A DNA stretch of 36,913 bases, from contig USFX01000001.1 of assembly GCA_900553965.1 (NCBI GenBank), forward strand, positions 1 through 36,913. Direction: 5' to 3'. Below, piece by piece: positions 1 through 9,682 of this stretch; positions within the stretch are counted from its first letter, which is position 1; each line of letters opens with the position of its first letter. The translations under genes were made by a program, and so were the position numbers. Source of the DNA: an uncultured Prevotella sp. (lineage in GTDB: Bacteria; Bacteroidota; Bacteroidia; Bacteroidales; Bacteroidaceae). A model generated the notes under the pieces. It was given only the letters and a program-made list of their open reading frames with translations, was not told where the DNA came from and ran no database searches.

Positions 1-36
1 TTGTCCGCTTAATTCTGAGTTTTTAACACTTCGAAC

Positions 37-171
37 TCAACGCAAAGACGCGGAGGCGCAAAGATTTTATATTTAGATTGCGGAGACACAGAGTTTGTAT
101 TGTCCTCCGTGTCTCTGTGTCTCCGTGTTCTTTAAATATAAAATCTTTGCGCCTCCGCGTCTTTGCGTTGA
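37..171. repeat. REP/MITE-like nested inverted repeat with 8-nt periodic units
   Basis: Perfect 39-bp inverted repeat (37-75 / 133-171), inner 13-bp stem (81-93 / 113-125) and ctc(c/t)gtgt x3 at 105-128. A related copy lies at 20055-20203. Confidence 0.9.
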
Positions 172-188
172 AAAACGAATTGGGCGTA

Positions 189-1466
189 TTACTCGGCATT
201 TTCGCCGGCCTCTGGCGTATGGAACACCCCGACGCCGGCGGCCCAATACCATTCCATCTGTCGGATGTCCTGATTGTAGCTGAGCCCCTGAGAGTCGTAA
301 ATGTCCAGCGGGACGAACATGCTCATGCAGCCGTAGTCCTCCTCTTTCGCGTCGAAAGAGAAGTCGATGGGGTAGGCCGTCAGCCATTTTGTGCTCACGG
401 CTCGGTGTATGACGGCCCTGTCGAGTGCCGACTTCCACCGCAGATACGCCTCCTCGTGGTCGTTGCCGATGTTCCTGCGGACGATGTCGTTGATGTCGAA
501 GAGCATCTTTGTCATGCTCCGTTCCGAGTGGGTCCGGTAGTAGATGGCGCCGTCGGTGACAATCCGCTCCCGTTCCGCCATCAGTCCCATGACTTCTCTT
601 GTCGCCACGGCGAGGTTCTCCATCTCCGACGTGCGCACGACGGCCATCGGAACGCGGTCGCCAGCGTTGACCTTCATGGCGGTGTAGGTGTCGGCGACGG
701 CTTTATAGAAATCCTCGTCGCTGTTGAACAGTGTGGGAACAATCTTGTCGTATGGCGCTCCACAGGCCGGAGTTTCGGCCGGCGAGGCGATGATATAGTC
801 GGTGGCGTGACGCAGCTCAAAGGCCGTTTCGGCCGTCTGGAAGTTACAGCAGTCGGCAAAGATGAACTTCAACTTGTGCGAAAGTCCCTCCAGAACGTCG
901 GCCATGGTGGGGATGTTCATCCATTTTCCCCTTCCTGCGGTGCTGTTCGTGCCCGTGTCCCAGCCGTATGCCCGGTGAATCTTGCCCGTTGAGGCGGTGT
1001 TGGCGGCGATGGAGTCTTTCTCGATGAGCCATCCACTGGCGTGTCCCCAGATCACGAGTCCGTAGTCCTCGGCCGGATAGTGGTCCATCATCCACTGCAG
1101 CGTCTTCCTCATCCGCTCCGGGTCGGAGGCATAGAAGTCCTCTTCCGGACGGAAGCGGTCGTCCTTCGTGATTTCTCCGCCGCTGACGACGCCGACATAC
1201 GGAAGCTCCGTCTTGCTCGCCCTGTCGACGAAGACCACGAGATTTGAACCGTAGGGGATGGTCTCAGAGGCTCGTTTCATCTCTTCGAGGTCGCTTGTCG
1301 CGTTGCCCGAGAGATTGTTCTCGGCCATGATATAGACCATCACCGTGCGCGCCGGATGCTGTTCAAGGACGGGGTCAATAGTGGTGGAAACGTCTTCATC
1401 ATCGCTGCTGCAGCCCGTCAGCACCATGGTCAGGGCGGTCAGCATGACCAGTAAATGTCTCATCAT
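189..1466 (-). CDS. Clostripain-related cysteine peptidase (C11), lipoprotein
   Basis: Lipobox VLTGC; VMVYIMAENNL, LVIWGHASGW (catalytic His) and IFADCCNF (catalytic Cys) motifs. Start moved to MMRHLL (1466), downstream of a TAACTTTG promoter element. Confidence 0.88.
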   Translation of the reverse strand: MMRHLLVMLTALTMVLTGCSSDDEDVSTTIDPVLEQHPARTVMVYIMAENNLSGNATSDLEEMKRASETIPYGSNLVVFVDRASKTELPYVGVVSGGEITKDDRFRPEEDFYASDPERMRKTLQWMMDHYPAEDYGLVIWGHASGWLIEKDSIAANTASTGKIHRAYGWDTGTNSTAGRGKWMNIPTMADVLEGLSHKLKFIFADCCNFQTAETAFELRHATDYIIASPAETPACGAPYDKIVPTLFNSDEDFYKAVADTYTAMKVNAGDRVPMAVVRTSEMENLAVATREVMGLMAERERIVTDGAIYYRTHSERSMTKMLFDINDIVRRNIGNDHEEAYLRWKSALDRAVIHRAVSTKWLTAYPIDFSFDAKEEDYGCMSMFVPLDIYDSQGLSYNQDIRQMEWYWAAGVGVFHTPEAGENAE

Positions 1467-1481
1467 ATAATTATTTTGGGG

Positions 1482-1519
1482 CAAAGTTACACTTTTTTTA
1501 TTAATAGTTTGTACCTTTG
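1482..1519. promoter_or_regulatory. Divergent Bacteroidota sigma-A promoters (-7 elements)
   Basis: TAACTTTG on the minus strand (1482-1489) and TACCTTTG on the plus strand (1512-1519) match the TAnnTTTG consensus, each just upstream of its gene. Confidence 0.7.
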
Positions 1520-1541
1520 TGCCTAAATTCATTGCAGAGTA

Positions 1542-2276
1542 ATGAGAAAATTGATTCTAATTATTTCAGTCTTTTTACCGCTGTGTGCAGTGGCACAGGA
1601 CGGCTTTGAACAATGTGAGGACACTTGCACCCACGTCCATGGCATAGACCTGAGCCACTATCAGGGTGATGTCTTTTGGCAGGCCGTCGGTGAGAACGCC
1701 AAGACGGCATACGTCTATCTCAAGGCAACGGAGGGCGGTGACAGGATTGACCACCGATATGAACAGAACATAGAGATGGCGAAACACCACGGGCTGAAGG
1801 TGGGCAGCTACCATTTCTATCGCCCGAAGACCGACCAGCGGCAGCAGCTGGCCAATTTCATGGCCCAATGTCTGCCGGAGCAGCAGGACCTCCTCCCCAT
1901 GATTGACATCGAGACGGCCGGTGGCTACGGGACGGAAGAGTTCTGCGACTCGCTGTTCAAGTTCCTCCAGCTTGTGGAGGAGGCTTACGGTCAGAAGCCG
2001 CTGCTCTATACGTACACCAACTTCTATAACAAGCATCTTTGCGGAAAGCTCGGCGGATACAAGCTCATGATAGCCCAATATACCGACCGCGAGCCGGTGC
2101 TGGCCGACGAGAGTGACTTCACGATGTGGCAGTACACCTGCAAGGGACATATCGACGGCGTCGTCGGATATGTCGACAAGAGCCGCTTCATGGGACGCCA
2201 CGGACTGAGGGAGATACGCTTCCGTCACGACATCGCCACGGAAGGAAAAGAGAATGAAGAACAAACTAAAGACTAA
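1542..2276 (+). CDS. Glycoside hydrolase family 25 muramidase (lysozyme)
   Basis: Signal peptide; HGIDLSHYQG, YLKATEG, GSYHFY, MIDIE and WQYT motifs typical of GH25. Confidence 0.92.
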   Translation: MRKLILIISVFLPLCAVAQDGFEQCEDTCTHVHGIDLSHYQGDVFWQAVGENAKTAYVYLKATEGGDRIDHRYEQNIEMAKHHGLKVGSYHFYRPKTDQRQQLANFMAQCLPEQQDLLPMIDIETAGGYGTEEFCDSLFKFLQLVEEAYGQKPLLYTYTNFYNKHLCGKLGGYKLMIAQYTDREPVLADESDFTMWQYTCKGHIDGVVGYVDKSRFMGRHGLREIRFRHDIATEGKENEEQTKD

Positions 2277-2291
2277 AAGATATATAGTGAT

Positions 2292-3419
2292 ATGGCAATA
2301 ATCAAGTGTCCGGAGTGCGGCCATCAGGTCAGCGATCAGGCAAAGACATGTCCCAGTTGCGGGATTGAGATTGCGGGTAAGGTCATGAGATGCCCGGAGT
2401 GTGGAGACATTGTGTTCAACGACAGCGATGAGTGTCCCAACTGCCACCATCCGTTGACGGTCGTCGACGTGCGGCCCCAGCCGGTGACATCGCAGCCGGA
2501 GGTGACGGCAGAACAGGAGACGGCCCAGGCGAAGGGCGGAATGAAGAAGCCCTACGTCGTTCTGATCGTGGCGTTTGTCATCGCTTTGCTCGCCGTGTTT
2601 GTCAGCCTCTATTTCTACAAGACGACGCAGGACAAGAACGAACTCGACGCCTACGAGAACGCCATGGCCAGCGGTGAGCCGGCCGTGCTCCAGAATTTCC
2701 TCGATGTCTACGCTGGTGCCCCGCAGGAACACCGTGACTCCATCATGGCCCATCTCGAGCTGCTCCGTCAGGTCGACACCGAATGGGACAACGCCGTGCG
2801 CAGTGGCTCAAAGACTGCGCTGGAACGCTACATCCAGCTCCATCCCGGAAGCATCCGCGTCACCGAGGCGCGCCTGAAGATTGATTCACTCGACTGGCTC
2901 GCTGCCAAGACAGCCGACACGCCCGAGGCTTATCAGGCCTACATCGACAGCCATCTCGACAATGGTCTCCATCTCGACGAGGCTCGCATCATGTTTGACA
3001 AGTCGGATGCGCGCCGCGTTACGGACGATGACCGTCAGATGATAAGCAGCCTTTTCGGCAACTATTTCACGGCTCTTGCCAACAACGAGGAGGCTTCTCT
3101 CACCGAGACGCTCAGTGGTGTGCTCGGCAGTTTCCTCCATAAGGAGAACGCCACGAAGACCGACGTCATGACATACATGAGGAAGCTCCATGCTCCGGAC
3201 GACATCACCGGCATGACCTTCTCCCTGAACAACGACTGGAAAATAGAGAAAACCGACGCCGGCGACGGTCGTTACGGCTACACCGTGGCCTTCTCCGTCG
3301 ACCACCGCATCAGCCGCGAGGACAAGACGAAGGAGACGTTCTGCACCTACAACGTTGAGGCGAAAGTCTCGCCGGACCACAAGATCAGTGATCTGAACAT
3401 GAAGAAAATCGTGCCTTAG
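2292..3419 (+). CDS. Double zinc-ribbon membrane-anchored protein
   Basis: Four CxxC pairs (CPECG/CPSCG/CPECG/CPNCH), one TM helix (VVLIVAFVIALLAVFVSLYF), then an extracytoplasmic helical-repeat region. Confidence 0.85.
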   Translation: MAIIKCPECGHQVSDQAKTCPSCGIEIAGKVMRCPECGDIVFNDSDECPNCHHPLTVVDVRPQPVTSQPEVTAEQETAQAKGGMKKPYVVLIVAFVIALLAVFVSLYFYKTTQDKNELDAYENAMASGEPAVLQNFLDVYAGAPQEHRDSIMAHLELLRQVDTEWDNAVRSGSKTALERYIQLHPGSIRVTEARLKIDSLDWLAAKTADTPEAYQAYIDSHLDNGLHLDEARIMFDKSDARRVTDDDRQMISSLFGNYFTALANNEEASLTETLSGVLGSFLHKENATKTDVMTYMRKLHAPDDITGMTFSLNNDWKIEKTDAGDGRYGYTVAFSVDHRISREDKTKETFCTYNVEAKVSPDHKISDLNMKKIVP

Positions 3420-3473
3420 GCATGGATGAGACCGTTCTTGGAATGGTGTCTTATATTATATAAAGGTAGCAAA

Positions 3474-3526
3474 CAGCGCAGATAATCACATTCAATGCCA
3501 AAGTCATGATGTGTTTATCTGCGCTG
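3474..3526. terminator. Hairpin between convergent genes, probable bidirectional terminator
   Basis: cagcgcagataa (3474-3485) pairs with ttatctgcgctg (3515-3526), with an inner cacat/atgtg pairing. Confidence 0.55.
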
Positions 3527-3593
3527 ATTCTATATGTTCTTTTATACTCGGTTATCCCCTTTTGCTTCTTCTTTGCTTTCCTACTTACTTCCT

Positions 3594-4703
3594 TTATTCC
3601 TCAATCCTCGACAGCGAGTTGGCGAAAGTGGCAAAGAAGTTGGTCACGGTCTCGGTCGGATAGTATTTCATGTATTTTGCGCTATGGCGGATTTGCCATA
3701 TCATGGCGTTCGAGTCGCTCGTGCGGACGAATATGTTCTTGCCTTGAGTGAAGTACCAGTTGTCGTTGTGCATGGACGAAAGGCGCAGGACATCGGTGAT
3801 GACGTTGTCGACGCTGGAGTCGGAATGGCCGTTCATGAACGGTATCTCGTCTTCCGTAAAGCCGAAAAGGCGCACCAGCAGACTGCCCGTCAGGCGCGCC
3901 ATCCACTGCATCCGCAGACGGTCGAGCCATGACTGTAGCTTGACGAAATCGACTTTGTCGCCGTTCTTGCGGAGGAACATGCCGAGGTCGATGACCTGTT
4001 TGAGGCTTATTCCCTCGTTGAGGATGTAGCGGACGATGCGTATGATGATGTAGAGGAGGTTCAGTGTCGGCGGCAGAACCTCAACTTTTGTGCCGCCGAT
4101 GGTCACGTATGATGAGTCGCAGCAGTTTATCTCGCTGCTGATTATGTCCTGCAGACGACGGTTGAGACGCGGGTTGGTGAGCCGTTGCATGCGGTGGTGG
4201 TGTTCAATTCTGACTCCGTTCCAAAGATATCTCATCGTCGTCCGCTCCTCAGACGGCTGTTCAGTGCCGTTGCTTCGGGCCCATGCGTCGGCCTTGCTGC
4301 CTTGGGTGGGGTAGGGGAAGAAGATGTCCATGTCGCCTCCCGTGCGGTGGAGAGGATTGTCGTATAGTTGTGCCAGCCCCTGACCTTTGAGCAGTATGGG
4401 GCGCAGCTGCTCCTTGTTCATCATTCCGAAAAGCCCGGCCAGGCAAGCGTCGATGTTCCGGTTTGCCGCCTCCGTCTCTTCCGTGATTTTCCTCCATGTC
4501 TCTTCCTGCTCACCGGACAGCTGCAGGAAGAAATCGCCACGGTGGCGTTCGATGCCGTCGGCCGTCAGAGCGGCCACGCCGTGCATGAGCGCCGTCTGAT
4601 AGAGGCGGTCCCACTTGTATGCCGACATCGGCTCTACCTTTTCATGACCGCCGAATGTTCCGCTGCGCAGAAGGCGGAAGAAGTTGCGTTGTACTATGTC
4701 CAT
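3594..4703 (-). CDS. Nucleotidyltransferase family protein (NTP_transf_5-like)
   Basis: PILLKGQGLA..YDNPLHRTGGDMDIF motif and IEHH, typical of this uncharacterised nucleotidyltransferase family. Confidence 0.82.
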   Translation of the reverse strand: MDIVQRNFFRLLRSGTFGGHEKVEPMSAYKWDRLYQTALMHGVAALTADGIERHRGDFFLQLSGEQEETWRKITEETEAANRNIDACLAGLFGMMNKEQLRPILLKGQGLAQLYDNPLHRTGGDMDIFFPYPTQGSKADAWARSNGTEQPSEERTTMRYLWNGVRIEHHHRMQRLTNPRLNRRLQDIISSEINCCDSSYVTIGGTKVEVLPPTLNLLYIIIRIVRYILNEGISLKQVIDLGMFLRKNGDKVDFVKLQSWLDRLRMQWMARLTGSLLVRLFGFTEDEIPFMNGHSDSSVDNVITDVLRLSSMHNDNWYFTQGKNIFVRTSDSNAMIWQIRHSAKYMKYYPTETVTNFFATFANSLSRIEE

Positions 4704-4731
4704 CGGAAATACGGTTTTGTTCAGTTGCTGT

Positions 4732-6006
4732 CTAAGAATATCTCTTCGGGTATCGGAACATGATTGCCAGGATGGCTATTACGCCGATGCAGAACGGATA
4801 GTATAGATGCGGGATTATGCTCACGGGGTTTATCGAGGCAAGTCCGGCGGCCATCAGTATCTGTGCTCCGTAGGGAATGATGCCTTGCATACAGCACGAC
4901 ATGGTGTCCAGTATGCTTGCGCTCTTGCGGTTGTCCACGCCGAACCGGTCGGCGATCTGCTTGGCTATGCCGCCCACGGTGATGATGGCGACGGTGTTGT
5001 TTGCCGTGCAGATGTCCACGAGAGCCACCAAAGCGGCGATGGCCAGCTCGGCTCCGCGCTTGCCTTTGACGTGGCGTGTCATGGTGGTTATGATATAGTC
5101 GATGCCTCCGTTGGCCTTTATCAGTTCGAGCATGCCGCCCGCCATCATCGTTATTATTATCAGTTCGCCCATGCCGAGGATGCCGTCGCCCATGGCTCCG
5201 AACCATCCGTAGACGTCAAAAGCGCCGCCTGGGATGCCGATTATTCCAGTCAGGGCAATGCCGATGGTGAGCACCGCCATGACGTTCATGCCCATAACGG
5301 CTACGATGAGCACCACTATGTATGGCATTACCTTTATATATTCAACCTCCGGGAGGTTCTGCGGAGAGCTCATGCCGTGGCCCATGGCGATGTAGAGGAG
5401 CAGAATCATGACTGCGGCGGGCATGGCGAGATATGAATTGACGCGGAACTTGTCGCTCAGCTTGCATCCCTGTGTGGACGTCGAGACAATCGTCGTGTCG
5501 GAGATGAACGACAGATTGTCTCCGAAGAACGAGCCTCCCACCACCACGGCCGTCATCATCGGCACGCTCGTTCCGGTCGAATGGGCGATGCCGGCGGCAA
5601 TCGGTGTCAGCGCCACGATTGTCCCGACGCTCGTTCCGACGGCCAATGATATGAAGCAGGCGGCCAGAAAGAGTCCGGCCAGAAGCATGTTGCCGGGCAG
5701 CAGGGTCAGGGCGAGGTTGACGGTGGCGTCGATGCAGCCCATTACCTTTGCGCTGTTGGCGAAGGCGCCGGCAAGCACAAATATCCATAGCATCAGCATC
5801 ATGTTCTCTGTTCCGGCTCCGCGGTTGAATATGTCGATGCGCCGGCGCAAGGGTATTCCCCCGCTGATGATGACAGCATAGACCGACGAAATCATGAACG
5901 CCACGGTTATGGGGACTTTGTAGAAGTCGCCTGCGATAATCGAGGTGACGAGATACAGTCCGATGAACACCAGCAGCGGGCTGAGAGCGATGAGGCCTTT
6001 GGACAT
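4732..6006 (-). CDS. Na+/H+ antiporter NhaC-family transporter
   Basis: Multi-TM protein with AVGTSVGT, GSFFGDNLSFISDTT and ANNTVAI motifs. Confidence 0.88.
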   Translation of the reverse strand: MSKGLIALSPLLVFIGLYLVTSIIAGDFYKVPITVAFMISSVYAVIISGGIPLRRRIDIFNRGAGTENMMLMLWIFVLAGAFANSAKVMGCIDATVNLALTLLPGNMLLAGLFLAACFISLAVGTSVGTIVALTPIAAGIAHSTGTSVPMMTAVVVGGSFFGDNLSFISDTTIVSTSTQGCKLSDKFRVNSYLAMPAAVMILLLYIAMGHGMSSPQNLPEVEYIKVMPYIVVLIVAVMGMNVMAVLTIGIALTGIIGIPGGAFDVYGWFGAMGDGILGMGELIIITMMAGGMLELIKANGGIDYIITTMTRHVKGKRGAELAIAALVALVDICTANNTVAIITVGGIAKQIADRFGVDNRKSASILDTMSCCMQGIIPYGAQILMAAGLASINPVSIIPHLYYPFCIGVIAILAIMFRYPKRYS

Positions 6007-6014
6007 TTTGTACC

Positions 6015-6165
6015 TGTAACTTTTAACTTTAAACTTGTAACCTTATGAATACCGCTGTGACCTGGACTTTAAACGTTAAACTTGTAACCTTATGTGCGCA
6101 CGCCGCGCCCTTGTCCGTGGCAGCGCGCAAATCATAAAGTTACAAGTTTAAAGTTAAAAGTTACA
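6015..6165. repeat. 7-nt periodic inverted repeat element
   Basis: 34-bp inverted repeat (6015-6048 / 6132-6165) with one mismatch, plus a partial direct copy at 6066-6094. Built of taacttt/aaacttg heptamers. Confidence 0.88.
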
Positions 6166-6172
6166 AGTCGTC

Positions 6173-7666
6173 TTACAGCGTCACTCCATTCTTGAAGATG
6201 GCTATTTCGCGGTAGCCGTTGGCCTCGTTGCGGGCCTGTTCGCCGCTTGCCACGGCCAGAATCTTGTCGATGAATTCCGGCACGAGCTCCTTCATCGTGC
6301 GGCCCTCGATGAGCTGTCCGGCGCTGAAGTCAATCCAGTTGGGCTTACGGGCGGCCAACGTGGGGTTGGTCGCAATCTTCATCGTGGGGACGAACGTGCC
6401 GAACGGCGTTCCGCGTCCTGTCGTGAAGAGGACAATCTGGCATCCGGCCGAGGCCAAGGCTGTAGCGGCTACGAGGTCGTTGCCCGGAGCGGAGAGCAGG
6501 TTCAGGCCTGTCGTTTCCAGACGGTCACCATATTCCAGCACGCCGCTGACCGGAGCACGTCCGCACTTCTGTGTGCATCCCAGCGCCTTGTCCTCCAGCG
6601 TTGAGATACCGCCGGCCTTGTTGCCCGGTGACGGGTTCTCGCCGACAGGCTCGCCGTGGCTGAGGAAATATTCCTTGAAGTTGTTGATCATGCTGACCGT
6701 CTTTCCGAAGAGCTCGTCTGTCTTGCAGCGGTTCATCAGTATCGTCTCGGCACCGAACATCTCCGGCACCTCCGTCAGTATCGACGTTCCGCCTTGAGCA
6801 ACGAGCCAGTCGGAGAATTCGCCGACGAGCGGGTTGGCCGTGATGCCGCTGAAGCCGTCGCTGCCGCCGCACTTCAGACCCACGCGCAGCTTGCTGACGG
6901 GAACATCCTCGCGCTTGTCCTCACGTGCCTTGGCGTAGAGTTCGCGGAGTATCTCCATTCCGGCTTCCACCTCGTCGCCGTCAACTTTCTGAGTGACGAG
7001 GAATTTGATGCGCTCCTTGTCATAGTCGCCGAGCATCTGCTCGAAGAGTTCCGGCTGATTGTTCTCGCATCCCAGACCCAGCACGAGCACGGCGCCGGCA
7101 TTGGGATGGAGCACGATGTCGCGCAGAACCTTGCGTGTGTTCTCGTGGTCGCCGCTCAGCTGGGAGCATCCGTAGTTGTGATGCCATGCGTAGATGGCGT
7201 CGACGCCCTCACTTCCGGTCTCTTTCTGCAGTTCGTCTGCAAGCCTTTCGGCGATGCCGTTGACGCATCCTACCGTGGGAACAATCCACACTTCGTTGCG
7301 TATTCCCACTTCGCCGTTGGCGCGTACATATCCGCGGAAAGTCCGTTTCTCGTCCTTAATGTCCAGCGCCTCGCTGACGGGATTGTACGTATATTCCAGC
7401 GTTCCGGCCAGATTGGTCTTCAGGTTGTTCTCGTTGACCCAGTCGCCGGCCTTGAGGTCCTGGCGTGCGTGGCCGATGGGATAGCCGTATTTTATGATGT
7501 CGCGGCCCTCTTCCGTATCGGTGATAAGGATTTTGTGGCCGGCGGGAGTGTCCTGATTGATTGTGATAGTCTTGCCGTCCACTTCGATTGTCTCGCCCTT
7601 GCCTTTCGGCTGGAGGCAGACGACGACGGTGTCGGCCGGATTAATTTTAATGAAAGTCTGTTCCAT
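6173..7666 (-). CDS. uxaA: Altronate dehydratase
   Basis: N-terminal SAF domain (PAGHKI..IIKYGYPIG), PTVGCVN, HNYGCSQL, GLKCGGSDGFSGITANP and FTTGRGTPFG. Confidence 0.95.
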   Translation of the reverse strand: MEQTFIKINPADTVVVCLQPKGKGETIEVDGKTITINQDTPAGHKILITDTEEGRDIIKYGYPIGHARQDLKAGDWVNENNLKTNLAGTLEYTYNPVSEALDIKDEKRTFRGYVRANGEVGIRNEVWIVPTVGCVNGIAERLADELQKETGSEGVDAIYAWHHNYGCSQLSGDHENTRKVLRDIVLHPNAGAVLVLGLGCENNQPELFEQMLGDYDKERIKFLVTQKVDGDEVEAGMEILRELYAKAREDKREDVPVSKLRVGLKCGGSDGFSGITANPLVGEFSDWLVAQGGTSILTEVPEMFGAETILMNRCKTDELFGKTVSMINNFKEYFLSHGEPVGENPSPGNKAGGISTLEDKALGCTQKCGRAPVSGVLEYGDRLETTGLNLLSAPGNDLVAATALASAGCQIVLFTTGRGTPFGTFVPTMKIATNPTLAARKPNWIDFSAGQLIEGRTMKELVPEFIDKILAVASGEQARNEANGYREIAIFKNGVTL

Positions 7667-7715
7667 AATTAGTAGCTATTTTGTTTTTATTTGAATGTTC
7701 CTTTGCTTCTGCTTT

Positions 7716-8783
7716 TCAGAGCTGCGTCCGTCGGTAGAAGTCGATGTTCTCCTTTGTCAGAATCTCTATCGGCATATAGTTGACCGGCGTCACCTCTTTC
7801 TTCAGCACGATGGCCTCGAAGAGCGTTTCCACGCAGGAGTAGCCTTGCATGTAGGCGTGCTGTGCGATGAGGAACGATATGGATCCCTGCTTGAGACACT
7901 CGGCGTTCTTCGTCACCATGTCATAGCCCATTATCTGGACGTTGCGGCGGTTGCTCCGCTGAAGGAATCCGCCGACGATGTGGGCCTTGGAGTTGAACGT
8001 TATGCAGTGGTGGATGTGCGGATGTTCCTTGAAGAAGGCTTCGAGAATCTTGTCGTACTTCTCTCTCTCTTCGTCCAGCGGGAGGTTCACTTCGCTTATG
8101 GTTATATGAGGGAAGTGGTCGCGCATGTAGTGGCGGAAACCGGTTTCGCGGTTTTCCTGCTGCTTGCTGGCCACATATCCGTTTTTCATCTGCTTCATGA
8201 GCATGATTTCCTTTTCCTTCGACGCAATCAGCATGAGCATCCGTCCGGCAAAATATCCGCTGCAGAAAGAGTCCTGACCGTAAAACGACAACGGTTTCAG
8301 GTCGGGCATGTAGGAGTCGAGCAGGATGAACGGAATGTCCCTCTCGTGCAGCTCGTCGGTGAATTTTCTCGTGGCGTCCAGCGTCGACGGAACGATGATG
8401 ACGCCGTCGGGCTCTTCCTTGAGACACTGCTCGGTGACCAGTTTGAACGTCTCGGTGTTGAAGCGCTTGTAGTACATCATCTTCACGTTGACGTGGAAGT
8501 CGCGCCGTCGCTCACATGCGCTCATGGCTCCTTCTTCAATTTCCTCCCAGTAGGCCTCCGATTCGTGCTTCGGTATGATGCAGTAGAAATTGTAGGTCTT
8601 GTTGTATGCCAGCGCGCTGGCGTACATGTTCGGATGATAGTCCATCTCTTTCAGTGCCTTTTCTACTTTCTCCCGTGCTGTCTTCGAAACGTTGGGGCGG
8701 TCGTGCAGCACTCTGTCAACCGTCCCGACAGATACTCCTGAAAGTCTTGCTATATCTTTTATTCTGATTTTGTCAGTCGCCAT
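7716..8783 (-). CDS. LacI-family transcriptional regulator (probable hexuronate regulator)
   Basis: IKDIARLSGVSVGTVDRVLH HTH plus a sugar-binding domain; located between uxaA and kdgK-eda. Confidence 0.93.
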   Translation of the reverse strand: MATDKIRIKDIARLSGVSVGTVDRVLHDRPNVSKTAREKVEKALKEMDYHPNMYASALAYNKTYNFYCIIPKHESEAYWEEIEEGAMSACERRRDFHVNVKMMYYKRFNTETFKLVTEQCLKEEPDGVIIVPSTLDATRKFTDELHERDIPFILLDSYMPDLKPLSFYGQDSFCSGYFAGRMLMLIASKEKEIMLMKQMKNGYVASKQQENRETGFRHYMRDHFPHITISEVNLPLDEEREKYDKILEAFFKEHPHIHHCITFNSKAHIVGGFLQRSNRRNVQIMGYDMVTKNAECLKQGSISFLIAQHAYMQGYSCVETLFEAIVLKKEVTPVNYMPIEILTKENIDFYRRTQL

Positions 8784-8827
8784 TCTATTGTTTTAATGGT
8801 TTATCACTAATTTAATAGTTTCTCCTG

Positions 8828-8835
8828 CAAAAATA
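8828..8835 (-). promoter_or_regulatory. -7 promoter element for LacI/uxaA
   Basis: TATTTTTG on the minus strand, about 45 nt upstream of the LacI start. Confidence 0.6.
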
Positions 8836-9040
8836 CCAATAATTATTGAATTGCGGGAAACCGCCGCCCGATATTTTTCAAAATATTGTTGTTATGACAC
8901 GAATTTAGATGAAGTCCACGCTTATCCGGCCATTGATGGACTTCGGAATGGAGCAAAAAGAACCGTTTTTCCCAGCGCAACTTTCCATTAAATCAACTTG
9001 GCGTCACCCTCAGAACGCTGAGGCACGATGTCACATTCCT

Positions 9041-9590
9041 CGTACGTAATTCCTTTTCTTAATTTTAAGCCTCTGAGAGTGGGGACTTTTCAAAATAAAT
9101 CTTCCTCGGCTCCAAATTCTTGAAATATGGCGGGCGTAATTTCTTGGATATTTATCCACTTTATATCCGCTGATTTCTCAACCTTTTGATACACAACGGT
9201 TTAAAAATCGGGGCGTCTCCGTCGTTTCGCCGTTTGGCCGCGACGGGCTTGCCGTAAGGGCCCCGTTGGTCTGCCGTAAGGGCCTTGTTGCGTTGCAACG
9301 GGGCCCCCGTTGCATGACGGCGGCGGCCCCGTCGTAACCCCGGGAGGGCCTTACGGCAAGAAAATGGTGCTGTTTTTGCCCGAAAACGGCAATCAAAAAC
9401 TGACGGAAATTTCCGCTCCGGACACCCCGGGAGGCCCTCCCGGGGGTGCGGCGGCATCCGGAAGCGATGGTTTTTGCAGCTGAAACAGGGCGGAAATACC
9501 TCAAAAAGGGCCTCAGAGGGGGCAAAAACGGCAAAAAGCGGCGGATTTTGCGGAGGCAGTTTTGTAAAGATAAAAGCCACCATAACGGCC
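9041..9590 (-). repeat. About 550-bp dispersed non-coding element, copy A
   Basis: Reverse complement aligns to 20248-20795. Core 9237-9353 vs 20483-20599 has 21 mismatches in 117 bp by manual count and consists of five 22-bp units. Confidence 0.88.
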
Positions 9591-9674
9591 GCCGCTGAAT
9601 CTCCGCCGTATCCAAATTTCCCCCGTCAGATGAAGATTTTGTTCATTTTGTTTCGCCGTTTGAGAAATAAGTGG

Positions 9675-9682
9675 TATTTTTG
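9675..9682 (+). promoter_or_regulatory. -7 promoter element for kdgK-eda
   Basis: TATTTTTG about 50 nt upstream of ATG 9735, overlapped by the near-palindrome tttgtg-gt-cacaaa (9679-9692). Confidence 0.6.

Noticed and set aside
1542..2276. GH25 enzyme as a prophage endolysin
   Set aside because: It has a signal peptide and a host-type promoter, with no holin or other phage genes nearby.
9161..9615. ORFs 9161-9583 and 9178-9615 (minus) and their apparent homolog 20320-20649 as a protein family
   Set aside because: The peptide similarity follows from the DNA repeat; starts and stops are not shared and the 22-bp period is not a multiple of three.
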